Assembly: GCA_964593805.1 (NCBI GenBank) | Contig: CAZQHP010000001.1 | Location: forward strand, 256,091-320,090 | Source: an uncultured Candidatus Saccharibacteria bacterium | GTDB taxonomy: Bacteria > Patescibacteriota > Saccharimonadia > Saccharimonadales > JBBQAJ01 | DNA: 64,000 bases | Direction of reading: 5' to 3' | Shown: piece by piece, positions 37,305-45,041 of the stretch | Layout: the number at the start of each line of letters is the position of its first letter | Position numbering within the stretch: the first letter of the stretch is position 1 | Translations under genes and position numbers: made by a program | The notes under the pieces: model-generated | The model's input: the letters and a program-made list of their open reading frames with translations, nothing else | Databases searched by the model: none | Told to the model about the DNA's origin: nothing

Positions 37305-38573
37305 ATGTTTAAGAAAAAATCGTTTCACCGCGGAGTAAAAGCTCGCCAATTGCACAAGCATCCGTTTGTGGTGCCCGTGGTTACGTTTATCTTGCTGAGT
37401 TTTTTGACTATGTTTGGCTGGGTTGTGCTGGGCAGCCGGACTATTGGCCCCGATGACGCGCACGTGGTTCAGCTTTCAGTAGACGGCAAAAAACAAACTG
37501 TGCCCACCCGCGCGAGTACGGTGCAAGATTTTCTAACCCGTGCCGACGTGTCACTTCAAGACGGCGACGTCGTAGAACCGGCGGCGGACACGCCGATTGA
37601 TGACGACAACTTCCGTATCAACGTGTACCGTGCCCGGCCGGTTACTATCTTTGACGGCGAAAAACGCATCCAGGCGCTCAGCGCCGCTACAACCCCCCGC
37701 AGTATAGCCTCTCAGGTTGGCGTGGAGGTATATCCCGAAGACAACCTCAAGCAGGAAACCTCTAGCGACGTCTTGCGCGACCAAGTAATTGGAGACAAAA
37801 TCACTATTGAGCGGGCTATTCCGGTCAATCTCAACCTGTACGGCACACAAGTGGTTGTTCGAATCCACGCCAAGACCATTGCCGAGTTGCTAAAAGAAAA
37901 AAACATAAGCCTAGCCCCTGGCGACAACCTGCAGCCAGTGGCTGAAACGCCCATCTCGGCCAATATGCAAATATTTATCACTCGTTCTGGTACCCAGATA
38001 ACCACCGTGGAAGAACCAATTCCTATGCAAGTTGAAATTATCGAAGACCCCAGCTTGAGTCTCGGCACCAAAACCCTGCGCCAAAAAGGCAGCGTCGGCA
38101 AAAAACTCGTGACTTACCAACTTGATTTGCAGAACGGCCAAGAAGTTGGTAGGCGAGTGATTCAGGAAGTACGAATCATTGAACCTGTCAAAGAAATAAT
38201 TGCCCGTGGCAAAGCTGTTTCAGTGCCTGCAGATAAGGTTGCCGTTATGAACGCAGCAGGTATACCGGCTAGTGACCACGGCTATGTTGATTACATAATG
38301 AGTCGAGAGTCTGGGTGGTGTCCGACCAAACTCCAGGGTCAATACGGCCATTGCCCGCCTTTCGCTCCAGACGCCATACCTTTGGGAATCGGCTATGGTA
38401 TAGGTCAGGCAACGCCTGGAACTAAAATGGCGCCTTTCGGCGCTGACTGGAAAACAAACGTTGTGACACAGCTCAGGTGGGCCGACGCATACGCAAAGGG
38501 CAGAAATTTTTCCCCGTACGGCAGGGGCTGGTACGCAGCCTACCAGTACTGGGTTGATAACCACCACTGGTAA
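37305..38573 (+). CDS. cell-wall-associated protein with DUF348 repeats, G5 domain and C-terminal lytic-type domain (RpfB/YabE-like architecture)
   Basis: TM anchor, three repeats of the type DGKKQTVPTRASTVQDFL / VSLQDGDVVEP, and a G5-like region KGSVGKKLVTYQ. The C-terminal IMSRESGW...GIGQATPG domain is of uncertain family. Confidence 0.65.
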   Translation: MFKKKSFHRGVKARQLHKHPFVVPVVTFILLSFLTMFGWVVLGSRTIGPDDAHVVQLSVDGKKQTVPTRASTVQDFLTRADVSLQDGDVVEPAADTPIDDDNFRINVYRARPVTIFDGEKRIQALSAATTPRSIASQVGVEVYPEDNLKQETSSDVLRDQVIGDKITIERAIPVNLNLYGTQVVVRIHAKTIAELLKEKNISLAPGDNLQPVAETPISANMQIFITRSGTQITTVEEPIPMQVEIIEDPSLSLGTKTLRQKGSVGKKLVTYQLDLQNGQEVGRRVIQEVRIIEPVKEIIARGKAVSVPADKVAVMNAAGIPASDHGYVDYIMSRESGWCPTKLQGQYGHCPPFAPDAIPLGIGYGIGQATPGTKMAPFGADWKTNVVTQLRWADAYAKGRNFSPYGRGWYAAYQYWVDNHHW

Positions 38574-38593
38574 GCTCTGTTATACTTGGGCAG

Positions 38594-39394
38594 ATGTCAT
38601 CGGAATCTCAAAAACCAAAGAAATCACTCGGCCAGCATTGGTTGAATGACTCAAAAACTCTGGAATATATAGTAGACGAAGCCAAAATAAGTACAATTGA
38701 TACGGTTCTGGAAATTGGCCCCGGTACTGGTAACCTCACCAAGATCCTAGTAAAATCTGCCAAAAAAGTGGTTGCAGTAGAATTCGACGCTGTTCTTGCC
38801 GAGCAACTAGCAGAACGCGTGGGAGCTTCAAACCTGGAAATAGTTAGCCAGGACATATTAAAATTTGACCTGAATTCACTGACGGTAAATTATAAAGTCG
38901 TCGCCAACATACCCTACTATTTGACCAGCAATCTCATACGGATCCTTTCAGAATCCGCCAATCCGCCACTTAGTGTCGTTCTGCTTATTCAAAAAGAAGT
39001 AGCCCAAAGAATAGCAGCTATACCGGGCAAGATGTCTCTAATGTCGGTGAGCGCACAATTTTATTGGCACGTAGGTTTGGGAGACATAGTACCCGCAAAG
39101 TTTTTTACGCCGCCGCCAAAAGTTGATTCGCAGGTGATTACGCTAGACAGACGCACCGAACCACTTTTTCCTGAAACAGATGAAAAGCAGTTTTTTCGGC
39201 TGGTCAAAGCCGGCTTTGCCTCTAGGCGCAAAACCCTCCTCAACTCTTTAGCAGGGGGGCTGAGAACAGAGAAAGAAACCATTGCGAAAGCTCTAGATTC
39301 AGTTCAGATTTCGCCCGGCTTGCGAGCCCAAGCTTTGTCGCTAGAAAATTGGCATACGATTTGTCAATCGTTCACAAAGTTGAAAATTATTTAG
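38594..39394 (+). CDS. rsmA: 16S rRNA (adenine1518/1519-N6)-dimethyltransferase
   Basis: LGQHWL, SAM motif LEIGPGTGNLT and NIPYYLTS. Confidence 0.9.
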   Translation: MSSESQKPKKSLGQHWLNDSKTLEYIVDEAKISTIDTVLEIGPGTGNLTKILVKSAKKVVAVEFDAVLAEQLAERVGASNLEIVSQDILKFDLNSLTVNYKVVANIPYYLTSNLIRILSESANPPLSVVLLIQKEVAQRIAAIPGKMSLMSVSAQFYWHVGLGDIVPAKFFTPPPKVDSQVITLDRRTEPLFPETDEKQFFRLVKAGFASRRKTLLNSLAGGLRTEKETIAKALDSVQISPGLRAQALSLENWHTICQSFTKLKII

Positions 39395-39473
39395 TCCCCT
39401 TCCCCGCCAAACTTTATTACTTGACGTGTTAAGTATTGCTGGGCTACACTTAGGATGTAAAAGGATTTAAACC

Positions 39474-39938
39474 ATGGGTCCCACCAACAACATCGGCTAC
39501 CTGCTCCAACATTTGTCTGGCGTTTTGGCCAAACAATCCGACCAAGCATTGCAAGAACGCTTAGGGATAGGGTTTTCGCAGTTCAAAATACTACGTGTTT
39601 TGCAGCATAGCCCCCGTACTCAACAGCGTCAAATCGCCCAGTGGTTGGGTCAAACAGAAGCCAGCATAAGCCGGCAGATAAAACTCATGATACAAAAAGG
39701 CCTGCTAGTTACTGCGGTGAGCCCCAAAAACCGTCGTGAACACATAACCACACCAACCACCAAAGGCATACGCATGACGGAAGAATCCATAAACGTCCTA
39801 AACTCTACGCATTCCACAATGTTTAGCGATATGGGCGACAAACAGCAAAAACAGTTGCTAGAAATTTTGACACATATGCATCACACCGCCTGCCAGCCCG
39901 GCAAAATCGGCGCCTGCCACCACCCCTATAACGTATAA
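39474..39938 (+). CDS. MarR-family transcriptional regulator
   Basis: Winged-helix region FSQFKILRVLQHSPRTQQRQIAQWLGQTEASISRQIKLMIQKGLL. Confidence 0.75.
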   Translation: MGPTNNIGYLLQHLSGVLAKQSDQALQERLGIGFSQFKILRVLQHSPRTQQRQIAQWLGQTEASISRQIKLMIQKGLLVTAVSPKNRREHITTPTTKGIRMTEESINVLNSTHSTMFSDMGDKQQKQLLEILTHMHHTACQPGKIGACHHPYNV

Positions 39939-40050
39939 AACAAAACACAAAAAAGTTATCCACACGCGGCTTTGTACAATTCTTATGCTTTATTGTATAA
40001 TCCACCTGTAATCTATTTTCAACACTAAAGTGACTAAAAAAGGAAAAAAC

Positions 40051-40551
40051 ATGGCCGTAAATAAAAAAACAACGCAGTCCGCCAAAAAGGGCAAACTAGC
40101 ACGCTTCTTTGGCAATCCCAGAAATGTAATAATTGCAGTATTTGTACTAGGTTTTGCGGTGGTTGGAGGATATAAAGTCTACCAATCGAGCGCCTTATCT
40201 ACTGAAGGCTCCGGTAAAAATACAACAAATGTGACAGATTGTTATGTATTAACTGTTCAGGGAGGATCCAAGACATATATACGAGAAGGTTCAAGATACG
40301 GGTGTGTACGTACATACGAGAAGGCACTGAGTGCCATAAACAAATATAACGGTCACAAAATTCGTGACTATGAGCTAAGCGTGGATGATTACTTTAGTTC
40401 TGTAAATAAATATCAAACAATTACTTACCAACAGCTTAAGGCTATAGAAGCTAGTGGAACAGTTGGCCCAAAAACATGGGGGGCGCTTTATTCCGATTGT
40501 ACAACACTAGGATACTACTATCCTGCGGTTAAATCTGAGTGTGGCCTTTAA
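40051..40551 (+). CDS. anchored protein with C-terminal peptidoglycan-binding-like motif (paralog of 44480-45013)
   Basis: MAVNKKTT...VIIAVFVLGFAVVGG anchor, with GTVGPKTWGALY near the C-terminus. ORF track start 40030 (GTG); ATG 40051 matches the MAVKK start of the paralog. Confidence 0.6.
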   Translation: MAVNKKTTQSAKKGKLARFFGNPRNVIIAVFVLGFAVVGGYKVYQSSALSTEGSGKNTTNVTDCYVLTVQGGSKTYIREGSRYGCVRTYEKALSAINKYNGHKIRDYELSVDDYFSSVNKYQTITYQQLKAIEASGTVGPKTWGALYSDCTTLGYYYPAVKSECGL

Positions 40552-40578
40552 GCGTAACTAAATAAACAAGGTGCTAAG

Positions 40579-41691
40579 ATAAAGCGTTTAGCCACAGTTG
40601 TTTTTACCTTTTTTATACCACTTATCATTAGTGGTACCGTCTATGGTGCAGCCGGGAAACTTCAGCTGAATAGTAGTACCACAAACATAACAACTGGTTC
40701 AGAATTTAATGTAACTGTACGAGTTGATCCGGGAACCTCCATAAGCGGTTTGATCACCGACTTAACTTATAACCCAAACCAACTGCAATTTGTATCTTTC
40801 TCTGATTACGCAACATCCTTCCCTGAAATTTGGATACAAACACCCGAGGCGGGATCTATCTCTGAGGTAAGATCGACGAGCGGAGGATCTGTATCTGGTA
40901 ACAAGGTTGTAGTTACGTATACATTTAAGTCTATAACCAGTGGAACCTCTACCATTGAAGTTACGGGTAAAGCAAATGCTAACAACTCGGAACTTGCGCT
41001 TTCTAAGGGGGTGCTTAGTATGAATTTCACACCAGCTCCGTCTGCTTCTACTTCTCCTACTTCTACTAGCAGTGGTTCAACAACCCCTTCGTCGCAAGCA
41101 CCGTCAAGCCAGCAAAATACTACCAATCAAAATGGCCAGCCAGAAAACAGCACAGGATCAACCACTGAAATTCCTGATTCAATCGGTGTAGTTGAGGACA
41201 GCTCAACCAGCGGTCAAACGAAATCTGCTCTTGGTCAAGCTACAAGCATAGTTGGTAAAGTTACGACCATAGGCACGGACAACAAATTTATTTCACTCGC
41301 AGTAGTTAGTGGCTTGCTTATCTTAGTTATGGGTACCTGGCTGGGATTACGTGCACGTGGACGGGCACAATACGCCAAGCATTTTCCAGACATGCATACC
41401 ACGTTATTTTCAGACACATCAGAAGCCAAAAGTTCTTCAGCTACTCCCCAAATAAACACTAAGCAACCAATAGTGAATATGTCCTCGTCTGCCAATGGCG
41501 TTCAGCATACGATTCCACAGCCAGCTTCTTCTACGCAGCAGCCAATCCAATCTGTTATTGATCCTGTAGTAATACGTCCGACTGTTCCAGTAACGCCTAC
41601 TGTGCCCGAACAGCCGTTACCGGCTAACAAAGCGGTAGTTATGCCAGAAAGTACTGTCGGACAATCAAATGAACCGCCTAGAACGAATTAA
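40579..41691 (+). CDS. cohesin-domain-like surface protein with Ser/Thr-rich linker and TM anchor; apparent ATA start
   Basis: The in-frame extension upstream of the track start (TTG 40750) encodes the signal peptide (I/M)KRLATVVFTFFIPLIISGTVYGAAG and the start of the cohesin-like fold (FNVTVRVDPGTSISGLITDLTYNPNQLQFVSF). No ATG, GTG or TTG lies between the stop at 40555 and 40750. GGTG sits 5 nt before ATA 40579. Confidence 0.55.
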   Translation: MKRLATVVFTFFIPLIISGTVYGAAGKLQLNSSTTNITTGSEFNVTVRVDPGTSISGLITDLTYNPNQLQFVSFSDYATSFPEIWIQTPEAGSISEVRSTSGGSVSGNKVVVTYTFKSITSGTSTIEVTGKANANNSELALSKGVLSMNFTPAPSASTSPTSTSSGSTTPSSQAPSSQQNTTNQNGQPENSTGSTTEIPDSIGVVEDSSTSGQTKSALGQATSIVGKVTTIGTDNKFISLAVVSGLLILVMGTWLGLRARGRAQYAKHFPDMHTTLFSDTSEAKSSSATPQINTKQPIVNMSSSANGVQHTIPQPASSTQQPIQSVIDPVVIRPTVPVTPTVPEQPLPANKAVVMPESTVGQSNEPPRTN

Positions 41692-43063
41692 AAAAGTCAT
41701 CGGAAACGATGGATTGATGATTTCGGTAGTTGTGTTTTTGGTTGGGTTTTCGTGGTCGTGGCTGTTTACGAGCAGGGTTACAGAGCTTGCAGATTCTGCA
41801 TTAGTTGGGTATGCGTTGGCGCTCACGGCGTTTCTAATAATCGTCAGTCTAAGTTCGTATGTATTTGTCAAAACTATCTTTTTTTTCAACAGAAAGTTTC
41901 TGTCAAAAAATAAGGTGTCTTTCTGGGTTATTCCACTGTTGTTTGTGGTCTGGGCAGGGGCGGAATATCTAGTTGCGCTTTTGTCGGCTTTAATATGGAT
42001 TGGCCGTGACGGCAGTTTGGATACTGTGGTGCCGTTCGCATCTTTTGCGCCAATTGTGTCGCACACTCCACTACGGTTTTTATCAAGATTAGTCGGGTTT
42101 CACGGACTTTCTTCAGTAGTTGTAGTTTTTATATATGTGTTTGGTGTCAAAAAATTGCGTAAATACGCATTTGTAACTTTTGCCATTGTAGTAATAGCCA
42201 CTACTTGCTCATGGGCTGTTTTTCGAACTCCTAACGGACCAGCAATAAATAGTTTAATAGTTGCCGAAAAACTTTATGAAAGAACCGGTATGGTTAGCGA
42301 CAGCCATGACCTAGTAGTTTTCCCAGAATATGGCCTGGATGGTTCCGGCAGCGGCAGAGATAGGATTAGCTTAGAGAAAAAGAACAATGTTTTTTATGTG
42401 GGCTCAAAACAAGTTCCAGCCAAAAAAGGCCACAAAAACATCTTGGTGTTTGGCTCTGCACAGTATGGAGACGTTGAACAGCGCGCCAAATCGCGTCTGA
42501 TACCAGGCGGTGAATATTTGCCATATTTCGCGCAAGCCGTTTTGAAAATAACACGTGCTGAGCACACCCTAGGGTATTTTGAAACTCTCAACGCGGTAGA
42601 GAAAGGCACAAGCAATTATTTGCCCCTAAACGCTGGCAACAAATTTTATCTGGGAAGTTCGGTGTGTTCCAGCATAATTGCCACAGAAGATTACCGCCGT
42701 TTCACGGCCAACGGCGCGACTGTTTTGACCAATTCCGCTTCGCTGGGCATATTTAACAGTAGTCTTTTCACGTTTCAGCACCAAGGACTAGCTAAATTTA
42801 TGGCTACCGCCAACGCCAGGCCGTTTTTGCAGTCATCCAACGATGCTGACGCTTTTTCCATAGATCACGACGGGAATATGGTAGCAAAAATATCTCCCAT
42901 CAATACACAGGAGGTAACGGTTGTCTCAAACACCAAGCGTACTCCGTATACCTTACTCGGCGAATGGCCAGCCTACCTCGGCTTGGTTGCCGTTGGGGTT
43001 ATGATTTTTAGAAAATCTAGATTGTTTGAGAGGCTCAAAAAAATTGGCAAACCATTGACATAA
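41669..43063 (+). CDS. apolipoprotein N-acyltransferase-like protein (multi-TM + CN-hydrolase), paralog 1
   Basis: About 6 N-terminal TM helices and one C-terminal TM helix. E-K-C triad context VVFPEYGL, KSRLIPGGEYLPY, SSVCSSII. Confidence 0.7.
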   Translation: MNRLERIKKVIGNDGLMISVVVFLVGFSWSWLFTSRVTELADSALVGYALALTAFLIIVSLSSYVFVKTIFFFNRKFLSKNKVSFWVIPLLFVVWAGAEYLVALLSALIWIGRDGSLDTVVPFASFAPIVSHTPLRFLSRLVGFHGLSSVVVVFIYVFGVKKLRKYAFVTFAIVVIATTCSWAVFRTPNGPAINSLIVAEKLYERTGMVSDSHDLVVFPEYGLDGSGSGRDRISLEKKNNVFYVGSKQVPAKKGHKNILVFGSAQYGDVEQRAKSRLIPGGEYLPYFAQAVLKITRAEHTLGYFETLNAVEKGTSNYLPLNAGNKFYLGSSVCSSIIATEDYRRFTANGATVLTNSASLGIFNSSLFTFQHQGLAKFMATANARPFLQSSNDADAFSIDHDGNMVAKISPINTQEVTVVSNTKRTPYTLLGEWPAYLGLVAVGVMIFRKSRLFERLKKIGKPLT

Positions 43064-43097
43064 GTGGTATAATGTTTCTACCTCAACAGAGGTTTAC

Positions 43098-43473
43098 GGG
43101 GCTGAAATTATGCTCGACGTTGGACTTTAACAGTTAGATCAGCAGGCCGCTTGTCAGCGTTATAGGCAAAACCGAATAATTGCAAAATTACTCGATCGCT
43201 TAGCTGCGGCATTTATGCCACAGCGAGCATTTGCTTTCGCTTAATTGTCGAAAGCCATGCCTGAAACGACGCCAGTTAGTATCAGTGCATGATATATTTT
43301 CTGGATGCTCAAATGTTGTGACCCATAACATTTGCTAAGATTAGGGTAATCAGGGACTACTTTTTGGTCATTTATCGGTAAATCCTTGATAAATCCAAAT
43401 GACCTACGCCTGTAGGATAGACTAACTAGCTAAACTAGCGGACCCGAAGGGCGGTTCTTCGGCAGCTCCACCA
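43098..43473 (+). ncRNA. ssrA: tmRNA (SsrA)
   Basis: The 5' end GGGGCTGAAATTATGCTCGACG pairs with the 3' end CAGCTCCACCA in a 7-bp acceptor stem with the G3:U70 alanine identity pair. The internal tag frame GCA AAA TTA ... GCA TTT GCT TTC GCT TAA (43182-43244) encodes AKLLDRLAAAFMPQRAFAFA. Confidence 0.85.
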
Positions 43474-43953
43474 TTATAATTTCTCTTTTACTGGCTCATA
43501 GAGAGCCAGTATTTGTTTGGCCCATACCAACGCGTCTTTTGCTCTCACACCAGAGGGCTGTGGTTTTACCCAGAGTTCTAGATTGTCTACGGAGTTATCA
43601 TCTCTGACGCCATTTTTATGATGAACATTTTCGCCAGTAATCAAATGTCGCCCTAAAAGTTTTTCCATTACAAGGATATGTTCAAATACATAGTTACCAC
43701 CGTTACCTTGTGCACGTGGATGCCCTTTTTGAAACACCATGATATAACCATTTTTCTTGTAGCGACCCTTGCCATAATTTGGCTTAATTAAATTAGTGCA
43801 GTGTATGCAGTTATTATATTTAGGAGAGTGCCTACGTGCTTTACAGACGTGGCATAAAACAAAATCTGCCATGTGGTATCTGCAGCTGGGACAGTTTCTA
43901 TGTTTACTGCTTGGTTTAAATTCATTTTGGCACGCATCACAAACCTTAAGCAT
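43474..43953 (-). CDS. HNH homing-type endonuclease with N-terminal Cys4 zinc ribbons
   Basis: CDAC...CPSC and CHVC...CIHC, then GYIMVF...YVFEHILVMEKLLGRHLITGENVHHKNGVRDDNSVDNLELW (HNH_3-type). The ORF track extends to 44007 across the repeat; the MLKVCDAC start is preferred. Confidence 0.8.
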   Translation of the reverse strand: MLKVCDACQNEFKPSSKHRNCPSCRYHMADFVLCHVCKARRHSPKYNNCIHCTNLIKPNYGKGRYKKNGYIMVFQKGHPRAQGNGGNYVFEHILVMEKLLGRHLITGENVHHKNGVRDDNSVDNLELWVKPQPSGVRAKDALVWAKQILALYEPVKEKL

Positions 43954-43998
43954 ATTAAAAATTATACCTAAAGTTGGTAACATCCGCCAGCTCCACCA
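43474..43998. mobile_element. 525-bp HNH-endonuclease insertion at the tmRNA 3' end, flanked by an 11-bp direct repeat
   Basis: CAGCTCCACCA occurs at 43463-43473 (the tmRNA 3' end) and again at 43988-43998. The only gene between the copies is an HNH endonuclease. Confidence 0.65.
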
Positions 43999-44048
43999 AA
44001 AATGCATCGATACAAATTAGTGCTTTTATGTTTGAATTGAGTCTGAGT

Positions 44049-44261
44049 TTAGGGTTTTTTGCGGAGCATTAGCTTTAGGTTGGAGAGGTAGTGGTTGGGG
44101 TTTACTGCGGGGTGGCTTTTCAAATACACCAGGTGCGATTGCACAAAAGATATGCGGTTGCCGGGCCATAGCTCGCCGTTGGCGCGGTAGGCTGAATTGG
44201 TTACCAGGCTCTTGTCTGTTTCCATAGCCTGCAAAGCAGTAGTTATATCTGTCTCTTCCAT
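44049..44261 (-). CDS. hypothetical 70-aa protein
   Basis: MEETDITTALQAMETDKSLVTNSAYRANGELWPGNRISFVQSHLVYLKSHP... looks more protein-like than the overlapping 97-aa frame. GGAG lies upstream. Confidence 0.4.
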   Translation of the reverse strand: MEETDITTALQAMETDKSLVTNSAYRANGELWPGNRISFVQSHLVYLKSHPAVNPNHYLSNLKLMLRKKP

Positions 44262-44275
44262 AATAAATCCGCTCC

Positions 44276-44332
44276 TTACGCTTTAGGCTTTTTAGGTTTT
44301 TTGACTTCTTTGCGCCCACGATCTTTAGACAT
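44276..44332 (-). CDS. possible 18-aa highly basic peptide
   Basis: ATG TCT AAA GAT CGT GGG CGC AAA GAA GTC AAA AAA CCT AAA AAG CCT AAA GCG TAA encodes MSKDRGRKEVKKPKKPKA, immediately upstream of the 70-aa ORF. Confidence 0.25.
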   Translation of the reverse strand: MSKDRGRKEVKKPKKPKA

Positions 44333-44479
44333 TACATGTCTCCCTTTGCCTACCAGTATGCGCCTAAAGAGGTAAAAACCCTAATCAATATCACGTACAA
44401 CTCCTTAGTTTATATATTTGACAAAACATTTTCTCAGCGTATAGTCATAAGCAAGTTAACATCTTAAAAGGAAATCAAA

Positions 44480-45013
44480 ATGGCTGTCAAAAAAAGTACA
44501 AAGTCAAAAAGCGCAAAATTTAATTCAAAAAACTCATGGCTCAAAAGGCATTGGATTGCTCTGGCCGTAATCGTGGCATTTGCCGGTATAGGAACGTACA
44601 TTATAGGTGTCAGTAGCGCCGCTACCAAGTATTATGTGAGTAGTCTTGGATACTCATGCCCTACACTTCCCACGCTAAAAAACGGCAGCACGGGGGATTG
44701 TGTAAAAGCTGTCCAAAAAGGCCTGAATAACAGGAACGGCAACCTGAAACTTATGAACGGCACGGCGTGGACACCCCTGGTAATAGATGGCAAATACGGC
44801 ACCAATACTTATAATGCGGTCAAGCGTTTCCAAACAGAATGGAGTAGTGTAGGCAAAAAACTTGCCGTTGACGGAATCGTCGGCCCGGCAACGTGGGACA
44901 GATTCTTGAATGATTGTATGGTATTCTCCGATCCGGCACTTGTTGGCTGGCACTATGATAGTAAAAACGGAACTTCCTACTACACAAAACCCGGCTATTT
45001 GTGCGGGACCTAG
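44480..45013 (+). CDS. anchored peptidoglycan-binding-domain protein (paralog of 40051-40551)
   Basis: Anchor WIALAVIVAFAGIGTYIIGV. PG_binding_1-like region GDCVKAVQKGLN...DGKYGTNTYNAVKRFQ...VDGIVGPATWDRFL. A TTGACA-16-TATAGT promoter lies upstream. Confidence 0.7.
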   Translation: MAVKKSTKSKSAKFNSKNSWLKRHWIALAVIVAFAGIGTYIIGVSSAATKYYVSSLGYSCPTLPTLKNGSTGDCVKAVQKGLNNRNGNLKLMNGTAWTPLVIDGKYGTNTYNAVKRFQTEWSSVGKKLAVDGIVGPATWDRFLNDCMVFSDPALVGWHYDSKNGTSYYTKPGYLCGT

Positions 45014-45041
45014 CATATATAACGCACGCTAAAAAAGTTAA

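Noticed and set aside
43161-43260. Alternative tmRNA tag frames (GGC AAA ACC GAA TAA, and a 32-codon frame ending ESHA)
   Set aside because: The first gives only 4 residues. The second ends in a non-hydrophobic tail. The frame ending AFAFA fits known tag-terminus logic better.
44026-44319. 97-aa minus-strand ORF
   Set aside because: It has Arg/Pro/Gln-rich, low-complexity composition. The overlapping 70-aa frame with its own GGAG looks more protein-like, and neither is certain.
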